Shown one piece after another: positions 38,469 to 47,534 of a DNA stretch of 64,000 nucleotides. The DNA comes from Trypanosoma brucei (lineage: Eukaryota). A program made the translations under genes and the position numbers. The number at the start of each line of letters is the position of its first letter. The first letter of the stretch is position 1. The stretch spans positions 2,624,001 through 2,688,000 of the forward strand of contig CM000207.1 in assembly GCA_000002445.1 (NCBI GenBank). Reading direction: 5' to 3'. The notes beneath the pieces are model-generated. The model worked only from the letters and a program-made list of their open reading frames with translations, searched no databases and was not told the origin of the DNA.

Positions 38469-38873
38469 TCAAAATAAGATGCACGGTATGAAGGTAGAGC
38501 GCGCTGTTACCAGACAACGCGGCGACTGCGAAGAAACGTCGCTGCACCTGATGAGCTGTCCCGGTTTGAAGGAACTACGTGTCAGGTTAGCTGTATAAGG
38601 TGTGTGTGTGCAGGATGTATGATTCTCTAAAAGGCTGGCGCAATTTCTCATTGCGGTTGAACGGAACCGGCCGCATGTGAAGTCCTCCCCTAATGTAACA
38701 GTTATACAACCCACTTTCCTTTCTGCAACTTTCCCCCTTATTGCCGAGTGTGGAGCTAGCAGGAAAAGCACCGGACGCAGGAATAGTCCAGACACCCTCA
38801 GAGACAGAGAGGGTATGCAGTCAACAAGCAACAGGAACAGAAAGAGGGGGAGAGAATAATAAACGAATAACAA
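38469..38873 (-). pseudogene. ingi ORF, N-terminal segment, separated from the next segment by an in-frame TGA.
   Basis: This 134-aa ORF is in the same frame as ORF 36042-38462. A single TGA at 38469-38471 intervenes. Confidence 0.8.
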
Positions 38874-39060
38874 AAATCAAAACAAAAGGATTGCTAATTG
38901 ACATCTTTGGGAGAGTCCGGGTTGGGTGGCTTCTCGCCCCATCTGCTGTATTCCGTTCAACTGCGGAGCTACAACAAAAATTATAGAGAGTGTGTTAGGC
39001 TGAATAAAAAAGGGAGACTCTGCCACAGTCGCCAGACCGATAGCATCTCAGGGCTCTACG

Positions 39061-39450
39061 GTGATGGCTGATGGTCGCGCCAGTGGGGGGAAACTCCCAC
39101 GAAGGCACGAAGAAAATTTTAAAAAAGTGAGAAGGATGGAAAAAACTGCAAATCTAACACGAAAGCAATATAGAAAACAGCAATACAAACAGGAACTGAA
39201 GGGACGCAAACTTCTTCAAAATGCAAATATAACCAACAGAGAGATTGCACTAGCAATTGAAAATAGGAAAATAATGCTTTCAAAGACTACAGGTTCCTTG
39301 TAAATAATAATTATTTCTGATTATAATTGTCTTTATGAGTTGTGTGGTATTTTGAAACTTCTAGTGAATTTTTTGCTCAATTTTAAAATTTATGAAGATG
39401 TGTAAATGATAAAGATATTAAAAATACAAAATTTTAATATAATAGTAGTC
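39061..39450 (+). pseudogene. VSG 3'-terminal fragment (last ~20 codons and 3'UTR) abutting the ingi 5' end. A mirror copy lies at 32860-33250 on the minus strand.
   Basis: ggaaaataatgctttcaaagactacaggttccttgtaaataataa closely resembles the end of the VSG at 45757-45804 (ggaaaaatattgcttgcaaagattacggttttcttgtaaataataa, i.e. …CKDYGFLVNNK). It is followed by a VSG-3'UTR-like block ttgctcaattttaaaatttatgaag (compare ctcaattttatgaaaattatgaaac at 63107). The 80-aa ORF upstream has no cysteines, so only the extreme 3' end is VSG-derived. Confidence 0.6.
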
Positions 39451-39559
39451 TATAGGTGTAAAGTATGATGTTAGTGTATGAAATGCGTGTACTAATAAGC
39501 AACATTCTTTTTTTTTAGTTTTTGTCGATTTTACGGATATTAGTTAGGGTATGAGAGTA

Positions 39560-39690
39560 TTAGAAATAGTAGTAATAGGAGAGTGTTGTGAATGTATATA
39601 CGAATATTATAATAAGAGCAGTAATAATAGTAATAATGATAATAATAATGATAGAAAGGGGTTGTGAGTGTGTTTTATTATTATTGGGAG
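39560..39690 (+). repeat. VSG 70-bp repeats, forward orientation.
   Basis: aggagagtgttgtgaatgtatatacgaatattataataagagcagtaataatagtaataatgataataataatgatagaaaggggttgtgagtgtg. Confidence 0.85.
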
Positions 39691-40634
39691 ATTTATGATA
39701 AACCCAAAATAGCGGAAGAGGTGTTAACGAAAGAAACGGCTAGATTTCATTTTAACAGCACTTTTATTTATATAAAGAAATACAGGAATTGCATTAGCAG
39801 AAACGTTGGTAAGGGGAAGCTATCCTAAGTCAATCGCTTCGGGAAGGCAAACGGCAATTTTCGAGGCTGATGTAACGGCAGCGGCACAATCGATGAACGT
39901 GCAATAACTTGAATAGAGCCAACGGCGAACGTCAAGGATGACGCAGAAATAAACTATTGTTACACACCAATTGGTAAAACTAATGTTGCAATTAGCAGCA
40001 GAGCTAATTCTCATAGAGATATTGCTGTAAAGCAAATGACTGTTGGCAATGACTGGGGTTGTGAGCCCTCAAAACTGAACAAAGCTTTACAATACAGAGA
40101 TCCGGTAGAGGAATTTAAACAGCTAACAGTAAAGGGTCATAAAAAGCGAAGGGGTCTTCGTGTGTTTCATTTAATTTTGTAAGCGGTGGAAGTCTATGAC
40201 CGCTGACTAGCAGCGATGTGAAGCAGATAAGACAGTGGATCAACCAGAATTTAAGGGGAATCACCAATTTTACAGAAAATTCGGTAAAAAAAATAACTAT
40301 CACAGGGCAAACTGCTGTAAGGATTAAGATATAGACAGATGGCGCCACCAACATACAATGCTATTTTTTGTTTTCTTCATAACGCGGAGTGCAAGCAAAG
40401 GTGACTAAGTATTTTTGTAGCAGCTATTCTGATGGCGGCACTGCAAGTAACAGATAAACAAAGAATGACCGACCGGAACTCAAAAAACAGGCTGCAAGCC
40501 ACACTTACTCGTGCTTGGCAGTAAGAGCCAAATCCCCAAAACTGTAAGCACGTAGCATTCTAACCCTAAGCACACTTAACTGCAGGATTTATAACATATA
40601 CCTAAGTATAGCGAGAAGCAAAGACGTTAAAAAG

Positions 40635-42215
40635 ATGCACACCGCACTAATTTGCGCGGTATTACTTACAATGGCGATGGTGTTGCGACAGCAGGCACAA
40701 GGTGCCGTGAAAGACAACGAACACGGCGGTGATTGTGCCGCCCTTTGTGGCCTCATCCAATTTGCCGAACCAAATACGCCAGCTATCAGCCTTCCTCAAG
40801 AGATAACAGAAATAGCTGACGAACTGTTGGCAGTGAACCTGAGCATGAGCGAAGCTGCACTTCAGCAACTAGTAACAAAGCACAAAGACAAGAGCTGGGA
40901 TGACATTCCAGCCAGCGACAAACCAGCCGCACAACCTTACAAGGAGCACTGGCAGCACTGGCAAAAGTTGGCAGCAGACCCAAAACCGGAAACTGTAAAA
41001 TTCAAACTAGAGCAGTTCAGAAAAGTCAGTCAAAACACCATGGCAAAAAACAAATTTCATCTTATAGCTGACGCGGCGTTGGAGTTAGCGACAGAGGCAA
41101 AAATGCTACTGCAGAAGAAAACCAAAACGGATATAGACACAAAACTAACAAAAGCACTAAATGGCAACAATGCACCCACAAACACGTTCACGTTTTCAGG
41201 CAAGACCCGATCGCAACTGTGCGGAACTGGAACGACAACACCTGGAGAACAAGCCGGAAAGGCGTTATTGGTTGACCTTTTGTGCATTTGTGCGGGTGCC
41301 AATACAGATACCACAGCAGGCAAAAGCTGCTGCAAGGGATGCGAAACAAACCCAAACCACGATGAGTGGCAACCAGCTACAAACGCCAAACTACGAGCCG
41401 AACACATAGCCAAGCAATGCCCAACCACAAGGGCAACAGCAGATAAGAGCACAACAAAGCTCCACCACCTGCTAGGAGATTTCTATACGCAAGTAAACAC
41501 GGCAAAAGGCACAGGACAAGAGATGAAATACGCCCTCGGAACTGTCGGCGGCAACGGAAACGACGGTTGCACCGGCAAGGTAGGAAGCACCAACAACGGC
41601 AGATGCGTCAAGTACACGGACAACAGCATTCTTAAGGGGACACCGCAACTTGACTGGGTGCAGAACCTCATCGACGCCGCTGCCGACTATGACGCAAGGA
41701 CAGACAACATGAACAAGATACAACGGATAGCGGATAAAATGGAGGTACTAAACAAAACCGCAACAGCATTGCTTTGGGAACAACAGCCAGTCCCAATCCT
41801 CCAAACAAAAGCGGCAACAACTACAACTCATCAAACAGCAGAGGAGACAAAACAAGAATGTAAGGCGATAACGAAAGCAGCTGACTGCAACAGCAATGGA
41901 AACTGCAAATGGACCAAACCAGACGTAAAAACAGGAACTCACTGCGAATTAAATACGACAACGAGCGAACAAGCAGCCCAAACAGGCGGAGGAGCTGCAG
42001 GAGCAACCACAACTGTAAAATGCTCTGATTATGGCACGAAAGACAAATGCGAAGAAGTCAACAAAGGAAAAGACAAACCTGTCTGCGGCTGGAGAATAGG
42101 CAAAGATAATGAAGATGATAAAGGTACAGAAAAATGCCGTGATTCCTCTATTCTACCAAACAAACACTTCGCCCTCAGCGTGGTTTCTGCTGCATTTGCG
42201 GCCTTGCTTTTTTAA
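40635..42215 (+). CDS. Intact VSG, 526 aa, with signal peptide, N-terminal domain, Cys-rich C-terminal domain and GPI-anchor signal.
   Basis: Begins with MHTALICAVLLTMAMVLRQQAQG and ends …CKAITKAADCNSNGNCKWTKPDVKTGTHCELN…CSDYGTKDKCEEVNKGKDKPVCGWRIGKDNEDDKGTEKCRDSSILPNKHFALSVVSAAFAALLF*. It is a single uninterrupted ORF. The 16-mer TGATATATTTTAACAC lies at 42276-42291 in the 3'UTR. A 70-bp repeat lies about 1 kb upstream. Confidence 0.92.
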   Translation: MHTALICAVLLTMAMVLRQQAQGAVKDNEHGGDCAALCGLIQFAEPNTPAISLPQEITEIADELLAVNLSMSEAALQQLVTKHKDKSWDDIPASDKPAAQPYKEHWQHWQKLAADPKPETVKFKLEQFRKVSQNTMAKNKFHLIADAALELATEAKMLLQKKTKTDIDTKLTKALNGNNAPTNTFTFSGKTRSQLCGTGTTTPGEQAGKALLVDLLCICAGANTDTTAGKSCCKGCETNPNHDEWQPATNAKLRAEHIAKQCPTTRATADKSTTKLHHLLGDFYTQVNTAKGTGQEMKYALGTVGGNGNDGCTGKVGSTNNGRCVKYTDNSILKGTPQLDWVQNLIDAAADYDARTDNMNKIQRIADKMEVLNKTATALLWEQQPVPILQTKAATTTTHQTAEETKQECKAITKAADCNSNGNCKWTKPDVKTGTHCELNTTTSEQAAQTGGGAAGATTTVKCSDYGTKDKCEEVNKGKDKPVCGWRIGKDNEDDKGTEKCRDSSILPNKHFALSVVSAAFAALLF

Positions 42216-42275
42216 ACCAAATTTCCCCCCTCTTTTTAAAAAACTTTGCTAAAATTTTTGCTACTTGAAAACTTC

Positions 42276-42291
42276 TGATATATTTTAACAC
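42276..42291 (+). promoter_or_regulatory. VSG 3'UTR 16-mer element.
   Basis: Exact TGATATATTTTAACAC. Further exact copies are at 45917-45932 and 49118-49133. The reverse complement is at 8893-8908 and 18780-18795. Variants are at 63163-63178 and around 52410. Confidence 0.85.
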
Positions 42292-42433
42292 CTAAATTAA
42301 GCCGAGTTTTTTTGTTGTTTGTTAAGTTTGAGATTCTGTAAAAAATATTTTCTGTTTTTCTGGCAACTAAAATTTTTTTCTTTTTCCCGTTTTTTTTTAT
42401 GTGCAGGAGGTGGTAAATAGACGGGGGAGGTAG

Positions 42434-42463
42434 TTAGGTAGGATTAGGGTTAGGGTTAGGGTT
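42434..42463 (+). repeat. Interstitial telomeric repeat tract: degenerate TTAGGT/AGGA followed by TTAGGG x3.
   Basis: tagttaggtaggattagggttagggttagggttaa, with the G-strand reading 5'→3' on the plus strand, i.e. pointing away from the upstream VSG. Confidence 0.85.
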
Positions 42464-43019
42464 AATTTTACTCTAACGATTTTTTTTGATTTTCTTTCAT
42501 TTAATTGTTTTTGTTTTTTTTGGTTTTCTTTTTTTTTACAATACGTTGCTAATATTTAAATTTTTTTAAAGTGATGCAGCGGCTGTTCTGTTATGAGGAT
42601 CTTAACCCTTATTTGACCCTAGCGTAGCGGCAGCTTTTTTTCCACTGACGCCGTCAACTCGGTTTTATTTGTCCATTCGCGGCGTCGCCACGACTTGTTT
42701 TTTACGCTTAATTTTTTTCGATTCTTTTTAATTTTTATTTTAACCTTTTAATTTTTTGAGCGACAGCAGAAACATGAGTTTTCCACATTTTTTAGCTTTT
42801 TGAATTATTTGAATTCTTTTATTTGTAGCTTTGTTAAATATATATTTTTAAACGGCTTGCCGGTTTTTTTTCAAAGCAGTTGGCCACCTTATTCGTTAGC
42901 CAGCCATCTTCAATTAATTTTTTCCTATATTCGTTATCATTAGCCAGTGGCACCATCAACGCCCATATTACGGTTTCGAATTTCATCCATACAACTTACG
43001 AAAGAGATCTCTTTAGAAG

Positions 43020-43377
43020 CTAACAGCAGAGGAACAGAATAAATGCAAAGCTGTCACGAGCAAACCCACAGAAGGATGCGCAGCTGCCGGCTGCGACTAT
43101 GATAACAACAAAAAAGAGTACAAACCTAAACAAGGAGCAGAAAAACCCAGCAGCAGGAGAGATACCAAAAGATGGAGCAGCTGCAGCTGGATTTGTAACG
43201 CATAAATGTAAAGCCGCTTGTAAGAATGACAAAACAGACGGTAAAAATAATTGTGCATTTAGAAATGGTAAAGATAATGAACCTGATCAAGAAAAAGAAA
43301 CGTGCCGCTCTTCCAGTTTCCTCGTCAATAAAAAATTGGCCCTGATGTCTGCTTGTTTCATGGATTTACTATTTTAA
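43020..43377 (+). pseudogene. Orphan VSG C-terminal-domain fragment with GPI signal and no N-terminal domain.
   Basis: ORF 43099-43377 reads …THKCKAACKNDKTDGKNNCAFRNGKDNEPDQEKETCRSSSFLVNKKLALMSACFMDLLF*. Upstream text (…EEQNKCKAVTSKPTEGCAAAGCDYDNNKKEYKPKQGAEK) is CTD-like in another frame. Nothing N-terminal-domain-like lies between 42470 and 43020. Confidence 0.8.
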
Positions 43378-43579
43378 CGATTTTGATAATTTACAAGAAT
43401 TTCTATACTTTAACATTTCTTAACTGAATTGTGAAGGTAAGTGAAAATTTTTTGCATCGTAGTGTCCTGTATGTGCAAAGTAATGCTTTGTAGTGCATTA
43501 AAAATGAATGCTATTCTAATATGCAATTTTGGTTTATTCTTCTTATTTCATGAATATTTAGGTAATACTATAATAGTAT

Positions 43580-43725
43580 TGCTAATGATGATGGAAGAGT
43601 GTTGTGAGAGTGCATATACGAATATTATAATAAGAGCAGTAGTAATAATAATAATGATAATAATAATAATGATAGGAGAATGATGTGGGTGTGTATATAC
43701 TAATATTATAATAAGAATGGTGGTT
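43580..43725 (+). repeat. Two 70-bp repeat units, forward orientation.
   Basis: gatgatggaagagtgttgtgagagtgcatatacgaatattataataagagcagtagtaataataataatgataataataataatgataggagaatgatgtgggtgtgtatatactaatattataataag. Confidence 0.9.
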
Positions 43726-44256
43726 TGAAGACTAGGTAAAATATTAACATCGACGTGTTTAAAGCAATAGTAAGGATGAAATGGAACAGAAAGGTAACCA
43801 CCTGCAATCCTGTCAATTTTGATTTAAAAAAAAAGTCATATGAGTTACTAAACTACTGCTGAGAGAAATGGGTTCTGCTGAAACGTCCCTGTTGTGTTTT
43901 TAGGTTTGAAGTGTATGAAATTAAAGATGTTTAGAATAGAGAGACTAGAGGGGTTGGAGGGGAGATACCAGCGAAATGGAAAAAAGATTGTTTTATCTTT
44001 ATTTTGTATTCGCCATATGAAAGACAAAACACCTTGGCAAGCATACGTCACGATACCCAATACTGGCTTTTTCAATACATAAGAAGTAGGAAATTTTAAA
44101 TTATGAGGGATGAAGGCCAGCTGGTGCAAAGAAACACTCAAAAGGGTCTGAAAACTGGGGGCAGGAAGAAAAAGTGGTAATGAGGAGGTTTCTGCAGCGA
44201 CTGCACGATGATGCGCATGACAGTACACAGTTCCAAGCACCAAAAGATTTTTTTCA

Positions 44257-45870
44257 ATGCTTTCTTGTTTATTTAAAAGAAGTTCTGACAGGAAAACAAT
44301 GCACATAACGAAAGTGGCCGCTCTGATCCTAACGGTGACTGCTGCACTGCAAAGACTTGCCGGCGCGGCAGATGGCGACGTTGTAAAAGGCGCCAGCTGG
44401 ACCCCCCTATGCTCTATTACAGCTGACTCAGAGAAAGTAGCCGCGAACCTGCTTCAAAACCTGATACAAAATTCCCGGGATGGTGAAACAGCGCTGCAAC
44501 GCTTGATAAGGGCACTCGTGTATAACGAAGCGACAGGTGGACAGCCCCTAAACAATGCGACAATGGCAGTGTGGTCGCTGCATGCCGAGGTGGCAGGGGC
44601 GGCGACCAAGAGGATACAAGAAACAGAAGCCAAAGCGGCAGTAACAGCGGCACGAAACCTCGGCCGACTGCAAGGGGCCATTACCGAATTCCTTGAAACT
44701 CAAGCCGACGCATCGGCCGCCACAAAAGGTTGCCTGCAAGCGGCAGAAGGAAACACAGCCGTCATCGTCGGCAAGCAACAGCTGTACAGGGAACAACCGA
44801 CGTGCAAGTTGTCGTGGGACGAAGTCAAAAACGAACAAACAACCACCAGCGTTATAACAGCAGCAGGAGTCAAGCACACCAGCAGCGGTGGGCAAGAGAA
44901 CGGTCAAACAATACACACCGGTCAGGGCACAAGCTGCGACATATCACAACCACAGTCGACCTTCAAGTTAACCTACGGCACCACAGGTAACGACGTAGCC
45001 GGTCACGTACCTAAGTTAGCAGCGGGCTATTTCACGGTAGACGGAACGGGGATAAAGGTACAGAAACACGACACAGTACAGGACGCTGGAGCAGCAAGTC
45101 ACTACTTGGCGAAAGCGATAGAAGCAGTAACAGCAATAGCCCCAGCAGAAGAAACGGCCAGCATAAAAACGCTCTCAGCACTCAAAGCATCCCCAAACTT
45201 CAAAGACCCAGCTCGACGGTATTTACTTGGCAAAAAACCGGCGGAGACAGACGCCGATACACAACTGGGAGAGAAGATAACAAACGCATACGTGAACGAT
45301 GACAACGCGAAGAAAGCTTTATTTGAAGTAGTGGATGCATACCAAATACCTGATAACCTGCGGCCAAGCCCGGCTGACGACACACTCGGCAAGATCACTA
45401 GCATTCATAACCTCATGCACCTGTACTTTCACTACAGGTCGGCGCGCGAGCAGGCAATTCAAAACCGAATGCAGAAACTACAGGAAAAAGCGAAACACGC
45501 GTCTGACACAATATCTACAGAAGACAAGGAGAAAGAATGCAATAACAAGAGAAAAGACGACGAAGAAGCGTGCAAAAAACTAGAAACAGAAGGGTGCGTT
45601 TTTAACTCTGAAGGCGAAAAGGACAAAAAATGCACGTTGAAAAAAGATGTGAAAGAAAAACTAGAAAAAGCAAAAGAGAACGAAGGGAAAGATGAGAAAA
45701 AGTATCATAAATGTGCAGGGACAAAACAAGGAGATTGTGAGAAGGTTACTTGCTGCAAATGGGAAAAATATTGCTTGCAAAGATTACGGTTTTCTTGTAA
45801 ATAATAAAATTTTTCTACTTTCTACTACCTTTATGAGTTTGGTAACATATTAGCATTTTAAGGATTTAAA
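44257..45870 (+). CDS. Near-intact VSG (515-aa ORF). A +1 frameshift just before the final CKD… block puts the GPI signal out of frame.
   Basis: Signal peptide MHITKVAALILTVTAALQRLAGA, N-terminal domain, and CTD …CNNKRKDDEEACKKLETEGCVFNSEGEKDKKCTLKKD…KCAGTKQGDCEKVTCCKWEKYCLQRLRFSCK*. The +1 frame reads …ACKDYGFLVNNKIFLLSTTFMSLVTY*. An apparent 4-nt 'ttgc' duplication around 45752-45760 causes the shift. Confidence 0.85.
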
Positions 45871-46094
45871 GGATGGTTGCTCCACTTTATGAAAAATCGA
45901 AAAATTTACTATAATTTGATATATTTTAACACGTTTTGATGATACTGTGAAATACGGAGAGCTTGTTAATCAAATATTTTGTATGCAAGTGACCTATGAA
46001 TATAATGTATTAGTGGAAGAAGATATAAAAATTTAGTGCTATTCTATTTTTTAAATCGTATTTCTTTTATGGATATTAGTAATTTACCAAAAAC

Positions 46095-46170
46095 AATGAT
46101 AATGATAATGATAGAAGAGTGTTGTGTGTATGCATACACTAATATTATAATAAGAATAGTGGTGGATACT
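46095..46170 (+). repeat. 70-bp repeat, forward orientation.
   Basis: gataatgataatgatagaagagtgttgtgtgtatgcatacactaatattataataagaatagtggtgg. Confidence 0.85.
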
Positions 46171-46924
46171 ATGTGGGCAAGGAAAAGAGAAGTCCTCTAA
46201 ATAATGACAAAGGTGAAATTAGATTATATGAATTAGTAGAGCAGTGAGTGGTTGAGAGGAATTAAGAGAAATATTATTACAAAGAGAATAAAGAAGGAGA
46301 AAAGATTATACGCGATGTCAAACACAGAAATTAACGAGTGATCATAATGTGAAAAAATATGTCATAAGCGATCATACGCAAACACAACACACTGACTATA
46401 CCATATAAAACCTCTACGTTTTACAAACTGAAAATAAAAACAGATGCTGCTGACAAAAGTACAATAGAAAATAGCGTGAAAAGAATAGGAACTCGCTTAT
46501 ATGAAATAATGGAGGCTCTCTACTACTCGGCAAAAATCAATGGAAATACTCTGCCAGTTCCGTATTGTTATAGTGGATAGACACTAATACATTTTAAAGA
46601 AAACGTAATTTATATAAGGATAACCGCTATGCCAAGCTAACCAATCGTGCTAATGGGATAAAGCCAGAAACGAAGGCACTTTCAAAGTCCAGAGTGACTA
46701 GCATTCTTTGCATGTGGTCTAAATACATACAGAGTGCAAGTGATAAAAAAAGCAAGCTATGCCGTGAAAAGCAGCATCTTTTCCTGTGTATTGTGCCAGT
46801 AAGCAGTATAAAATTGAAGAAAAATAGAAGCAGCTAGAAACCAGAAGATCTTCATCTTCGAATATAGAAATATGTTCGATATTTTCAATTTTCACAGGAG
46901 TGAAGTTGCCGATGAAGCGAATAC

Positions 46925-46925
46925 A

Positions 46926-46956
<31 letters not shown>
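46925..46956. repeat. (TA)n microsatellite.
   Basis: atatatatatatatatatatatatata. A similar (TA)n tract occurs at about 55938-55972. Confidence 0.9.
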
Positions 46957-47534
46957 ACGGCACATAGTAAAATCTTATTCATAAAAAGTTGATTGGAATT
47001 CAAAATAATTAGTCACTGGCATTAAGCAGGAAGATCCAGAGGAAGATTTAAACTTCCAACGACAATTGAAACGGTTTCAGCAACTCTATTCATATGGAAG
47101 ACACAAGCAGGAACGCCTTAATTAAGCGAATAATAACCACACAGTTTAAAAGGCCAATCCTAGAGTTGAAGCAAACGAAAAACAAAAATAGCTCGTTAGA
47201 AATATCACTAAAGAAGTTCTTTCTTAACCTTATGTCGCTCATAACAAATAAGTCGCTACTTCCTTCAGGTAAAATAACTTTTTCGACCATAAGCTTCCAA
47301 AGAGAACGCACCAAGGTCGACTAAAATAGGCGAAACGCCGAACCACCGAAAGAAGTTTTCAAAAATATAGTGTAACTCATTTGTATAATACTCATCACTT
47401 TGTCCCAACACCGCGCTCCAGATGCACCCGTTGCAAGTGTAGGCTGTAGTTGGTCGCCACGGTACAGAAAACAGCATTTTTAAAGTTTGTTGTACTCACA
47501 AATAAAGAAGTGACTGGAGGAACCCTGGTCGGCA

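Larger units (their letters stand above)
33878..39060 (-). mobile_element. ingi-type non-LTR (LINE-like) retrotransposon, degenerate. The 5' end lies at about 38.9-39.06 kb. The 3' end is truncated at about 33.88-33.90 kb with no poly(A).
   Basis: The minus-strand coding sequence is 38873→33878. It is made of ORF 38469-38873, then an in-frame TGA at 38469-71, then ORF 36042-38462 (806 aa), then a frameshift, then ORF 33878-36103 (741 aa). The total is about 1680 codons, matching the known ingi single ORF of roughly 1650 aa. The 806-aa piece has the AP-endonuclease block MQWNCAGLSQGKRLALHKTLVDERIAFCLLSETRM and the RT block FVDYAKAFDTVDHD…FADDLTL. The 741-aa piece has the RNaseH-like block YELWTDGSV and three C2H2 fingers (HCTICASKF…HHLRTIHG, FQCDLCETSF…HKKFKH, VQCGVCQKVL…RHCKAFH). 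Confidence 0.9.
38403..39615. repeat. Right copy of the ~1.2-kb inverted repeat.
   Basis: Reverse complement of 32690-33901, as described for the left copy. The outer part (39560-39615) lies within 70-bp repeats, where the two copies diverge slightly. Confidence 0.9.

Noticed and set aside
38469-38471. In-frame TGA inside the ingi ORF as programmed readthrough or selenocysteine.
   Set aside because: The element also carries a separate frameshift and a 3' truncation. Simple decay of an ingi pseudogene is the parsimonious explanation, and no SECIS-like or recoding context was examined.
39061-39303. 80-aa ORF MMADGRASGGKLPRRHEENFKKVRRMEKTANLTRKQ… (and its mirror at 33008-33250) as a real gene.
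   Set aside because: It spans the ingi 5'-flank and VSG 3'-end junction, has no cysteines and no signal peptide, and is low-complexity Lys/Arg/Gln-rich. Only its last ~60 nt resemble a VSG C-terminus. It is most likely a chance ORF across a junction.
32690-39615. The inverted repeat as simply the normal terminal RIME halves of ingi.
   Set aside because: ingi/RIME termini are not inverted repeats of each other. In addition, the repeat here extends about 550 bp beyond the element into a VSG 3' fragment and 70-bp repeats. Inside the element it covers the ORF start. It must be a secondary duplication.
42434-42463. The TTAGGG tract as an actual chromosome end.
   Set aside because: It has only three perfect hexamers, and 21 kb of ordinary VSG-array sequence continues beyond it. 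It is a fossil or interstitial tract, not a terminus.
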